Notes: generated by a model not told the origin, from the letters alone. DNA of 64,000 bases from an uncultured Alphaproteobacteria bacterium (GCA_902601455.1 CACKNC010000001.1:167162-231161); one strand, 5' to 3'; counted from the first letter of the stretch, positions 20,797 to 29,574 are shown. Translations and numbers: made by a program.

Positions 20797-21253
20797 GAGG
20801 AATAGATAAGTTTTCTTTTACGCGATTCATCACAACCATTGAACTAAACCTTTTGATGTTATTATTATTTAAAAAATATTTTTGGGTAAATAGCTCGTAC
20901 TCTTCCATGTCTACAAAAGTTGCGATTAACACATAGTCATAATCACCAGTCACATAATAACACTGCATAACTTCTGGCGCTTTAATCATTAATTTTTTAA
21001 ATTCCTCACTATACTCAACCCCCTCCTTATCGCTTAGAACTTGAACAACAATAGTGATTTTTCGACCAAGAATATTGCGATCAATAATCGAAACATCTTT
21101 TTGTATAATGCCGGCTTTACGCATAGAGTTTATTCTTCTTTGACAAGCTGATGAAGATAAGCCAACTTCTTTTGCTAAAACTTCAGATGTTATTTTGTTA
21201 TTTTCTTGAATTAAATTAAGAATTTTTAGATCAACTGAGTCTATTTTATCCAT
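20789..21253 (-). CDS. Lrp/AsnC-family transcriptional regulator
   Basis: DLKILNLIQ, VGLSSSACQRRI HTH, PEVMQCYYVTGDYDYVL RAM domain. Confidence 0.92.
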   Translation of the reverse strand: MDKIDSVDLKILNLIQENNKITSEVLAKEVGLSSSACQRRINSMRKAGIIQKDVSIIDRNILGRKITIVVQVLSDKEGVEYSEEFKKLMIKAPEVMQCYYVTGDYDYVLIATFVDMEEYELFTQKYFLNNNNIKRFSSMVVMNRVKENLSIPLS

Positions 21254-21265
21254 ATGACACTATAT

Positions 21266-21310
21266 CACATAAATTTTGCATATTTTATTTAATTATGCAT
21301 TTTTTATGCA
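21266..21310. promoter_or_regulatory. Two putative Lrp/AsnC operator sites 30 bp apart
   Basis: TGCAT-TTTTT-ATGCA (21296-21310; palindromic arms) and degenerate CACAT-AAATT-TTGCA (21266-21280) between divergent lrp and ehuB. Confidence 0.55.
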
Positions 21311-21388
21311 AAAAACACTTAATAAAAAGTCACACTCTTAACAAGGATAATGCTAACTTATTTTTATAAAACATAAGGGAGGAAAATT

Positions 21389-22231
21389 ATGAAAAAAATA
21401 ATTTTATTTTTAGCTTCTTTTTTAATTCTTTTAGGTTCAGCTAAGGTTTCTTTTGCTGAGTCTGATACTTTAAAAAGATTAAAGAAGCAGGGTTATGCGA
21501 CAGTTGCTGTTGCAAATGAGCCGCCATATAGTGATATCAAAACTGATGGATATGTTACTGGTGCTGCTCCAGATGTTGCAAGAGCTGTACTAAACATTCT
21601 TGGTGTTGCAGATTTAAAAGCTGAAGTAATTATGTATGGAGCTATGATACCTGCACTTCAAGCACGAAGAGTAGATATGGCAACTTCAGGTCTTTATATT
21701 AAACCTGATAGGTGTGAGTCTATTATTTATTCTGAACCTGATTTATGTGGAGCGGAAGCTTTTGCAGTTCCTGTTGGAAATCCAAATAACTTGCTTACGT
21801 ATGAAGACATTGCAGCACAGCCTGATTTAAAAATGACTACTTGTGCTGGATGTGCTGAGGAAAAATATGCTTTAGAAAGAGGCGTTTCAGCTGATCAGAT
21901 TGTTTATTTTGATACACCTCCAAGTGGTATCAAAATGCTTCAACAAGGTAGAGTAGATGTATTTGCGCTTTCTGGCTTAGGTACTCAGGATTTATTAAAT
22001 AAAACAAATGACCCTAATCTAGAACTAGTTATGCCTATTACTGGTGTTCCAATTGGATGTGCTGGAGCTGCTTTTAACATGGATGACATAGAGTTCAGAG
22101 CTGAATATAATATGGCACTAGCAAAACTAAAAGCTACTGGAGAGTTTGCTGCTATCATTGAACCATATGGTTTTTCTGCGGAAGCAACCGCTGGTGAGTC
22201 ATATCTTACAAGATGTCCAGACGGAAAATAA
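21389..22231 (+). CDS. ehuB: Ectoine/hydroxyectoine ABC transporter substrate-binding protein EhuB-like
   Basis: Signal peptide, VAVANEPPY, GAAPDVAR, YGAMIPALQARR, GLYIKPDRC; SD GGGAGG. Confidence 0.85.
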   Translation: MKKIILFLASFLILLGSAKVSFAESDTLKRLKKQGYATVAVANEPPYSDIKTDGYVTGAAPDVARAVLNILGVADLKAEVIMYGAMIPALQARRVDMATSGLYIKPDRCESIIYSEPDLCGAEAFAVPVGNPNNLLTYEDIAAQPDLKMTTCAGCAEEKYALERGVSADQIVYFDTPPSGIKMLQQGRVDVFALSGLGTQDLLNKTNDPNLELVMPITGVPIGCAGAAFNMDDIEFRAEYNMALAKLKATGEFAAIIEPYGFSAEATAGESYLTRCPDGK

Positions 22232-22249
22232 ATTAACTTTTAAATTATT

Positions 22250-22281
22250 TTGCCCTGTATTATTACAGGGCAATTTTTTTT
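22250..22281 (+). terminator. Intrinsic terminator/stabilising hairpin after ehuB
   Basis: TTGCCCTGTA-TTAT-TACAGGGCAA followed by T-run. Confidence 0.85.
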
Positions 22282-22284
22282 AAT

Positions 22285-22953
22285 ATGAAAGAAGTTATAG
22301 CCTTTTATCCAATTCTAATTGACGGTACAATTACGACAATTATTTTAACACTTTTAAGTGCTGTGTTAGCCCTTTTTATTTCTTTTGTTGTAGGTCTATC
22401 GAGAATTTCAAAATTTAAAATAGTCAGAATTTTAGCAATAATTTATTTAGAGTTTTTCAGAGGTAGTTCTGCTCTTGTGCAAATGTTTTTTATTTATTTT
22501 GTTTTACCAATGTGGGGGATTTACTTCGATGCTCTAACAGCTGGTGTTATTGCTATTGGGTGTAATTTGGGAGCATATGGGTCAGAAGTAGTGAGAGGTG
22601 GAGTGCTTGCTGTTGGTAAAGAACAGCATGAAGCTTCATTAGCATTAAATTACTCTCCCTATAAAAGATATAGGTATGTAATTATACCTCAAGCAATTCC
22701 AGTTATGATTCCTACTTTTGGAAATTTATTAATTGAGCTTCTTAAGTTAACTGCAGTAGCATCTCTTATTACGATTTCAGACTTAACATTTATGGCTCAC
22801 ATAATTAGAGTTCAGACAGCCTTAACCTTAGAACCTTTCTTAGTGATATTGGTAATTTATTTTATCATCGCTTCAATTTTAGTGAAAATCGTCGACATAA
22901 TTTCTAATAAATTTTCTAAGGGAAGAAATATTATGATGGCGGGAGAAAATTAG
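22285..22953 (+). CDS. ehuC: Ectoine ABC transporter permease EhuC
   Basis: YLEFFRGSSALVQMF, GAYGSEVVRGG, PTFGNLLIELLK. Confidence 0.85.
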   Translation: MKEVIAFYPILIDGTITTIILTLLSAVLALFISFVVGLSRISKFKIVRILAIIYLEFFRGSSALVQMFFIYFVLPMWGIYFDALTAGVIAIGCNLGAYGSEVVRGGVLAVGKEQHEASLALNYSPYKRYRYVIIPQAIPVMIPTFGNLLIELLKLTAVASLITISDLTFMAHIIRVQTALTLEPFLVILVIYFIIASILVKIVDIISNKFSKGRNIMMAGEN

Positions 22954-22955
22954 AT

Positions 22956-23615
22956 ATGTATTGGAGTTGGGAAGTCGCTTTTGATGTATTGCCACAACTA
23001 GCAAAAGGAGTTGTAGTAACTATTCAAGCAACAATTGTTGCATCTATACTAGCTTATGTTTTGGGACTTGGAATAGCTATTTTAAAAATGTCCAAAAGTA
23101 AACTATTGAGAATTGTTTTATATTGGACCACAGAATTTATAAGAAGAACTCCAATCTTAGTTCAACTTTATGTTGTTTTTTATGTTTTACCTGACTACGG
23201 TATTTTTTTTGAAGCTTTTACTTGTGGAGTCTTGGTTTTGGGTATCCATTTTAGTACCTATACTGCTGAGGTCTTTAGGGCTGGTATTGACAATGTTCCA
23301 AAAGGTCAATGGGAAGCAGCAAAATCATTAAATTACAACCAAGTTCAGACTTGGAAAAATGTGATTTTGCCACAGGCAATACCGCCTATGATTCCTCCTC
23401 TCGCAAACTATTTAATCACTATGTTCAAAGAAACACCTTTGCTAGCAGCTATAACCGTTGTTGAATTATTTAGAGCAGCAGACCAGTATAGTAATAGTCA
23501 TTATAAATATCTTGAACCAATGACATTAGTCGGAGTTTTTTTCCTAATAGTCTCTATTCCTTCAGCAATCATAGCTATGAAGTTAGAAAAACGTTTTAAA
23601 CAAAGAAAGATTTGA
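22956..23615 (+). CDS. ehuD: Ectoine ABC transporter permease EhuD
   Basis: WSWE N-terminus, EFIRRTPILVQLY, AEVFRAGI, VPKGQWEAA, MFKETPLL. Confidence 0.85.
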   Translation: MYWSWEVAFDVLPQLAKGVVVTIQATIVASILAYVLGLGIAILKMSKSKLLRIVLYWTTEFIRRTPILVQLYVVFYVLPDYGIFFEAFTCGVLVLGIHFSTYTAEVFRAGIDNVPKGQWEAAKSLNYNQVQTWKNVILPQAIPPMIPPLANYLITMFKETPLLAAITVVELFRAADQYSNSHYKYLEPMTLVGVFFLIVSIPSAIIAMKLEKRFKQRKI

Positions 23616-23617
23616 TT

Positions 23618-25060
23618 ATGCAAAGTAATGTTGTTGAAAAGACTGCAAAATATTTCAAGGAGAAAGGTGTTGTTCTTCCAACAATATCTGAATTAAAAAA
23701 ACCAGATTCAATAAATGAGGATATTAAAAATAAAGTTTTAAAGCTTGATAAAAACGCTATGGATCCGGCAAATTTATTTAGAGTGCACTGGTTTAATAAA
23801 AGAGATCATAGTAAATTTTTAGATGTTCCTGAACATATTGTTTTACCAAGTGAGTTTACAGGTGTTGAAGCAAAAATTATTGTCAATCTTGGTCGTTATT
23901 TCCCACTTATTACCGCACATAAAGTTTTGGCAGCATATGGTTGTTTACTGCCTAGAATTTTGAATGGTTCATTTGATTATACTAAACATAAAGCTGTTTG
24001 GCCTTCTACTGGAAATTACTGCAGAGGAGGCGTAGCTATTTCTAAAATATTAGGTTTTAAAAGTGTAGCAATTCTCCCTGAAGGAATGAGTAAGGAAAGA
24101 TTTAATTGGCTTGAAAAATGGGTCGAGAATAAAAATGATATTATAAAAACTACTGGAACAGAAAGTAATGTTAAAGAAATATATGATGCCTGTAATGAAT
24201 TAGAAAAAGATAAAAATAATGATATTATTAATCAATTTGATGAATATTATAATTATGCAACTCATAGAGCTATTACTGGATCATCATTTGAAAAGTCTTT
24301 TTTAAAAGTAAAAGGTGACTCTAATCTTAGAGCTAGATTTTATGTTTCTGCATCCGGTTCAAGTGGAACACTAGCTGCGGGAGATTACTTAAAAGAAAAT
24401 CTTAACGCTCAAATTGCAGTTGTTGAAGCTACTGAATGCCCAACTCTTCTTTATAATGGTTACGGCGAACATAATATTCAGGGTATTGGAGATAAACATG
24501 TTCCTTTAATACATAATGTTATGAATTCAGATTATGTAGTTGGTGTTTCAGACGAAGCTACAAATAATCTTAATTTATTATTTAATACAGATGAAGGTAA
24601 AAATTATTTAATAAAAAGAAAAGGGTTTGACCCAGATTTTGTAGATAGATTGCCTGAGTTTGGGTTTTCTTCAATTGCCAATATTATTGCTTCTATAAAA
24701 CTTGCTAAAAAAATGAAGCTAACAAAAAATGACGCTATTATAACGGTGGCAACTGATGGAGCTGATTTATATGAAACGGAACTAGCTAAAACAAAAAAAC
24801 AATTTAGTAAAATTTATGATCAGGTCACTTGTGCAGAAATTTTTGCAAAAAATTTTGAAGCAATAACAGTAGATCATACTTTGGAGTTAAGTCAAATTGA
24901 TAAAGAGAGGATTTTTAACTTAGGTTATTATACTTGGGTTGAACAACAAGGAACTAGTTTAGAGGAATTTGAAAGTAGAAGATCTCAGTCTTTCTGGGAT
25001 AAGCATTACAAAGAGATGATTTCACTTGATGAAAAAATTAAAGAGTTTAATTCTCTTTAG
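23618..25060 (+). CDS. Fold-type II PLP-dependent enzyme (cysteine synthase/TrpB superfamily), function unknown
   Basis: AHKVLAAY (PLP Lys), WPSTGNYCRGG, SASGSSGTLAAGD, HNIQGIG; ATG at 23618 preferred over TTG at 23612. Confidence 0.8.
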   Translation: MQSNVVEKTAKYFKEKGVVLPTISELKKPDSINEDIKNKVLKLDKNAMDPANLFRVHWFNKRDHSKFLDVPEHIVLPSEFTGVEAKIIVNLGRYFPLITAHKVLAAYGCLLPRILNGSFDYTKHKAVWPSTGNYCRGGVAISKILGFKSVAILPEGMSKERFNWLEKWVENKNDIIKTTGTESNVKEIYDACNELEKDKNNDIINQFDEYYNYATHRAITGSSFEKSFLKVKGDSNLRARFYVSASGSSGTLAAGDYLKENLNAQIAVVEATECPTLLYNGYGEHNIQGIGDKHVPLIHNVMNSDYVVGVSDEATNNLNLLFNTDEGKNYLIKRKGFDPDFVDRLPEFGFSSIANIIASIKLAKKMKLTKNDAIITVATDGADLYETELAKTKKQFSKIYDQVTCAEIFAKNFEAITVDHTLELSQIDKERIFNLGYYTWVEQQGTSLEEFESRRSQSFWDKHYKEMISLDEKIKEFNSL

Positions 25061-25064
25061 TTAA

Positions 25065-26222
25065 ATGAAAACACAAGGACTTCACAATCAGTTGGTTGAG
25101 TGGAGACATGATTTGCACATGCATCCCCAAATCAGTTTTGAAGAAGAATACGCTTCAAATAAAGTAGTCAATTTACTCAAAGATTTTGGCATAGAAGTAC
25201 ATGAGGGAATTGCTAAAACAGGAGTAGTTGGTGTTTTAAAAAAAGGTACTAGTAATAAAAGTATTGGTATTAGAGCAGACATGGATGCTTTACCAATTAA
25301 TGAAATAAATACTTTTTCTTATAAATCTACGATTGAAAACAGAATGCATGCTTGTGGTCATGATGGGCACACAACGATGTTATTAGGTGCTGCAAAATAT
25401 TTAGCAGAACAAGGAAATTTTGATGGCACTATTTATTTTATTTTTCAGCCAGATGAAGAGAATACCCTTGGGGCTAAAACAATGATTGAGGAAGGTTTGT
25501 TTACTAATTTTTCTATAGATGAAGTTTATGGAATGCATAACATACCCGGAATGGAATTAGGAGAATTTGGAACAAGAAAAGGTGGAATAACCACTAGTGA
25601 AAATTTATTTGAAATTTTAATTAAAGGTAAGGGCGGTCATGCAGCTTTGCCTCATATGTCAAAAGATACAATTACCATAGGTAGTCAGATTATATTAGCT
25701 TTACAAACTATTGTATCACGTAAATTAGATCCGGTAGCAGCTGGAGTTGTTTCTGTAACTGAGTTTATTACTGATGGTAAAAAAAATGTTTTGCCAGGTA
25801 ACGGCTTGATAAAAGGAGACGCGAGAGCATTTTCTCAAGAAACTAATAAAATGATTGAAAAAAATATGCGCCAACTTGTTGAAGGTATCTCAAGTTCTTT
25901 TGGAGTTTCTGCTGAAGTAAAGTATGAAACAACTTGTCCAGTAACTTTTAATCAACCTAAACAAGCAGAAGCAGCAACAAAAGCTGCTATCACCTTATTA
26001 GGAGAAGATAAATGTAATGGCGATATTGATCCAAGACCTTTTTCAGAGGATTTTTCAATTATGTCAGAGCATACTCCTGGATGCTTTGTATTAATGGGCA
26101 ATGGAACTTCAGGTTCATATGGAAGACCATTACATTCTGCAGATTATGATTTTAATGATGAGTTATTAGTTAAAGGCTCTTCTTACTGGGTAGAACTTGC
26201 TGAACAACAATTAAAATTATAA
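25065..26222 (+). CDS. M20D (Acy1/hippuricase-like) amidohydrolase
   Basis: WRHDLHMHP, RADMDALP, MHACGHDGH, FQPDEE, GKGGHAA, SEDF, LHSADYDFND. Confidence 0.9.
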   Translation: MKTQGLHNQLVEWRHDLHMHPQISFEEEYASNKVVNLLKDFGIEVHEGIAKTGVVGVLKKGTSNKSIGIRADMDALPINEINTFSYKSTIENRMHACGHDGHTTMLLGAAKYLAEQGNFDGTIYFIFQPDEENTLGAKTMIEEGLFTNFSIDEVYGMHNIPGMELGEFGTRKGGITTSENLFEILIKGKGGHAALPHMSKDTITIGSQIILALQTIVSRKLDPVAAGVVSVTEFITDGKKNVLPGNGLIKGDARAFSQETNKMIEKNMRQLVEGISSSFGVSAEVKYETTCPVTFNQPKQAEAATKAAITLLGEDKCNGDIDPRPFSEDFSIMSEHTPGCFVLMGNGTSGSYGRPLHSADYDFNDELLVKGSSYWVELAEQQLKL

Positions 26223-26245
26223 TTTTTATTTAATGAAAATTTAAG

Positions 26246-27394
26246 ATGTTTAAAAAAAATCTTGAAAAATTAAAACAAGATCTTAACAAAAATAATATTG
26301 ATTTAGCTGTCATTACTGACGATGACTCAATATATTATTTTTCAGGTTATTATGATTTCTTACACATGTCTTTTGGAAGACCAACCATTTTATTAGTTCC
26401 AAAAGATTCAGATACTCTATTGATTACCCCGCTCATCGATGCTCATTTAGTTAAGAAAAATTGTCCAGTTGATAAAATAATCACATGGAATGATGGTGTC
26501 GATAATGAATGGAGAGATGAACTTCCAAAGTATATTAAAAAAAATGTTAATGTAGCAATTGAAAAATTTAAGATTAGCACATTAGTTCTAAATTACATTT
26601 CATCTTTATACGAACAAGAATCACTTAAAAATATTTCACCAATTTTAGATTTAATAAGAATGGTAAAAACTGAAGATGAGCTAAAAATTGCTAAGTCTGC
26701 TGGTAAAGTTGCAAAAGCAATGATGCATGCTGGAAAAGATGCAATTGGGCACAATGTACCTGAATATGAAGTAGCTTTAGCAACCTCTCAAGCAGGTACA
26801 AGAAAAGCTGCTGAAATATTAGAAAATGAATTTAAAGACACTGATATATCTCCTTTAATTCACTTTTTACAAATTATGGCTTCTGGAAAAGATCTACCCA
26901 AAACTCACCATCGATCCTCAACAAAATTAATTAAAGATGGAGAGCCTGTATTTTTGTGTTTTTGTGGCATGACAAACTTTCATAAATTTAAACTTGGTTT
27001 TGATAGAACATTTTGGCTCAAAGAAATTCGTGATGAATCGCAAATTAAAACTTATGAAACTGCTGTGCAATCACAAAAAGCAGCCTTAAGTGTTTTGGGT
27101 CCTGGTGTTAAGGCTGAAGATGTTCATGCAGCTTACGCAGACACTATTCAAAGTGCTGGATATCCTTACCCAACATTTAGATGTGGAAGAGCAACTGGCT
27201 TTAGTATGCTTGAGGAACCCCAGCTAGTTTCAGGAAATAAAACAATTTTACAACCTGGAATGGTTTTTGCTGTTGATGGATCTGCAAATGAAGAAAATTT
27301 TCGTGCTCAAGTTGGTGACAGCTTTATAATTACTGAAAGCGGTTATGAGCAAATTACAAATTTCTCTAAAAAAATTGAAGACTTGATAATTTAA
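26246..27394 (+). CDS. M24 (creatinase/prolidase-fold) hydrolase lacking canonical metal ligands
   Basis: Creatinase_N-like start (SIYYFSGY), RMVKTEDE, pita-bread C-domain with LCFCG, GFDRT, CGRATG, LEEP, AVDG in place of the D/D/H/E/E ligand motifs. Confidence 0.8.
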   Translation: MFKKNLEKLKQDLNKNNIDLAVITDDDSIYYFSGYYDFLHMSFGRPTILLVPKDSDTLLITPLIDAHLVKKNCPVDKIITWNDGVDNEWRDELPKYIKKNVNVAIEKFKISTLVLNYISSLYEQESLKNISPILDLIRMVKTEDELKIAKSAGKVAKAMMHAGKDAIGHNVPEYEVALATSQAGTRKAAEILENEFKDTDISPLIHFLQIMASGKDLPKTHHRSSTKLIKDGEPVFLCFCGMTNFHKFKLGFDRTFWLKEIRDESQIKTYETAVQSQKAALSVLGPGVKAEDVHAAYADTIQSAGYPYPTFRCGRATGFSMLEEPQLVSGNKTILQPGMVFAVDGSANEENFRAQVGDSFIITESGYEQITNFSKKIEDLII

Positions 27395-28416
27395 TGTCAA
27401 TTATTGAAATTTATAATACTCATTGTTGTGGTGAGATAGGTGATGTTATTGTTGCGGGTGATATTAAATTAGAGGGTAAGACAATATTTGAACAATCAAA
27501 ATATTTATTTGAAAATAAAAAACTAAGAAACTTTGTATTAAATGAACCAAGAGGAGGAGTTTTTAAACATTGTAACTTAATTGTAAATCCAAAAAATAAA
27601 GAAGCCTTAGCAGGGTTTATAATTATGGAACCTGAAGACAATCCACCAATGAGTGGTTCAAATAGTATTTGTGTTGCGACAGTATTATTAGAAAAAAATC
27701 TTATAAAGTCTACCGAACCCTACACTAATTTTACTCTTGAAGCTCCTGGAGGTTTAATTGCCATAAAAGCTGAAGTAAAAAATAAAATTACTAAATCTGT
27801 TGAAATTGAAAATCTTCCATCTTTTGTTGATTTAATGGATGTAAAACTTAAAACTAAAAATTATGGAGAAATAGTAGTTAGTACAGTGTTTGGAGGGGAT
27901 ACATTTTTAATCTGTAATGCAAAAGATTTTAATTTATCAATTGAACCCAACAATGCAAAAAAATTTGTAGATATTTCTCGAGAAATTGTAAAAATAGCAA
28001 ATCAAGAATTTGGTTTTTCTCACCCAACAATACCCTCTTTAAATTATATTTCGTTTTGTCAATTTATTGAACCTGTTAAAATAAATAGCTCACAACAAAA
28101 AGAAGGTTGGAACACAGTTAGTATACGTCCTGGTAAACTTGATAGATCCCCTTGTGGAACAGGCACATCTGCAAGATTAGCTCTTATGAAACAAAAAAAT
28201 GAAATTGATATTAATGAAACATTTATTTCTAGATCAATTATTGGCTCAACCTTTGAAGCAAAAATAAAAGAAGAATTTGTTAGCAATAATAAAAAAATGA
28301 TTAAACCTCTAATTAAAGGTTCCGCCTTCATTACAGGAAAACAAGAACTTTATGTTACAAAGGATGATCCATTCCCAGAAGGATACAGGCTTAACGATAC
28401 TTGGCCTGATTTCTAA
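27394..28416 (+). CDS. Proline racemase superfamily enzyme (hydroxyproline epimerase/dehydratase-like), Ser/Cys dyad
   Basis: HCCGEIGDVIV, LNEPRGG, PPMSGSN (Ser) and DRSPCGTGTSAR (Cys), DDPFPEGY. Confidence 0.88.
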   Translation: MSIIEIYNTHCCGEIGDVIVAGDIKLEGKTIFEQSKYLFENKKLRNFVLNEPRGGVFKHCNLIVNPKNKEALAGFIIMEPEDNPPMSGSNSICVATVLLEKNLIKSTEPYTNFTLEAPGGLIAIKAEVKNKITKSVEIENLPSFVDLMDVKLKTKNYGEIVVSTVFGGDTFLICNAKDFNLSIEPNNAKKFVDISREIVKIANQEFGFSHPTIPSLNYISFCQFIEPVKINSSQQKEGWNTVSIRPGKLDRSPCGTGTSARLALMKQKNEIDINETFISRSIIGSTFEAKIKEEFVSNNKKMIKPLIKGSAFITGKQELYVTKDDPFPEGYRLNDTWPDF

Positions 28417-28422
28417 GTAAAA

Positions 28423-29424
28423 TTATTCTGACAAAGAAATAATTTTTTTTACTAATTCTGCATTAATACTTCTTAGACCATTATCTAATCGATTTGTATG
28501 TCTTCTTTCGCCAGGAAGTCTAACACCGTCAAGAGATTTCATTTGTTCAAAAAATTTCTCTGCATGTTCATTCCAATTTTTGCCTGCAATTAGCTCTGGA
28601 GATAAGGCCATTATAAATTCACCACCTCTAGCAGGACCTCCATCATTATTATCTGCTTCTTTAGCTTCAAAACTAAATAAATCTCCTACTAATCCAGCAG
28701 CTAATAATTCAATCATCATGGCAATAGCTGATCCCTTATAATCTCCAAAAGTAAGTAAGACACCACCATTAGCAATTTCTGATGGATCATCTGTTTTTTC
28801 ACCATCTTTATTTAAACCTGTACCATAAGGAACTTTATGACCATCTCTAGCTGCTACTTGTACTTCACCCATTGCCATGGTGGAAGTTGCCATATCATAA
28901 ACTACAGGAGTCTTATTTTTTCTTGGCCATGCAAATGAAATTGGATTAGTTCCAAACAATGGTTTTTTTGCACCTGCAGGTGCAACACTTGGCTTATAAG
29001 CTGTACAAGCAATACCGATGAGTTCATTTTCAGCTAAAGCTTCAGTCTCATGCCATAAGGCGGCAAAGTGATGTATGTTTGTAAGAGTAAGAACTCCAAC
29101 ACCATGTTTTTTTGTAACATCTACTAATGCAGGAATACCAATACCTATAGCCGTCGGTGCAAAACCATAATCACCTTCTACCCTTATTGCATTTTGAGTT
29201 AAAAAGTTATTTGTCGGTCTTGCATTACCTTTTACTTTTTTACTTTTTAAAGCTGCAATATATCCTGGAATTCTAAAAAGACCGTGCGATACACTTCCAT
29301 CTCTTTCAGCATTTGTTACTGTATGTGCTACAGCTTCTGCATTTAGTTCATCACACCCATTAAATCTTAATGTTTTTAGGGCTAAATCATATATTTCTTG
29401 AAGGGATAGATCGTTAGTTGTCAT
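28423..29424 (-). CDS. Ldh_2-family oxidoreductase (DpkA/LhpD/ComC-like)
   Basis: AERDGSVSHGLFRIPGY, HHFAALW, FGTNPISFA, DMATS, YKGSAIAMMIELL, RLPGERR. Confidence 0.88.
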   Translation of the reverse strand: MTTNDLSLQEIYDLALKTLRFNGCDELNAEAVAHTVTNAERDGSVSHGLFRIPGYIAALKSKKVKGNARPTNNFLTQNAIRVEGDYGFAPTAIGIGIPALVDVTKKHGVGVLTLTNIHHFAALWHETEALAENELIGIACTAYKPSVAPAGAKKPLFGTNPISFAWPRKNKTPVVYDMATSTMAMGEVQVAARDGHKVPYGTGLNKDGEKTDDPSEIANGGVLLTFGDYKGSAIAMMIELLAAGLVGDLFSFEAKEADNNDGGPARGGEFIMALSPELIAGKNWNEHAEKFFEQMKSLDGVRLPGERRHTNRLDNGLRSINAELVKKIISLSE

Positions 29425-29574
29425 GTTATTCCTTTTAAATTTTTATGCTAATGTGTCTATTTATAGCGCATTTACAATAAGGATTAAATGGCTAAAGATA
29501 TATCTATATTTTAATTTGTTTCAAAATCTGAAACTTATTATTTTGGTCTAAACATATGAGGATATAGGAATTTT

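Noticed and set aside
29425-29574. Possible riboswitch (glycine, SAM-V) upstream of soxB
   Set aside because: Only a weak GTTTCA-AAATC-TGAAAC hairpin; no conserved aptamer core recognised. An Rfam cmscan would be decisive
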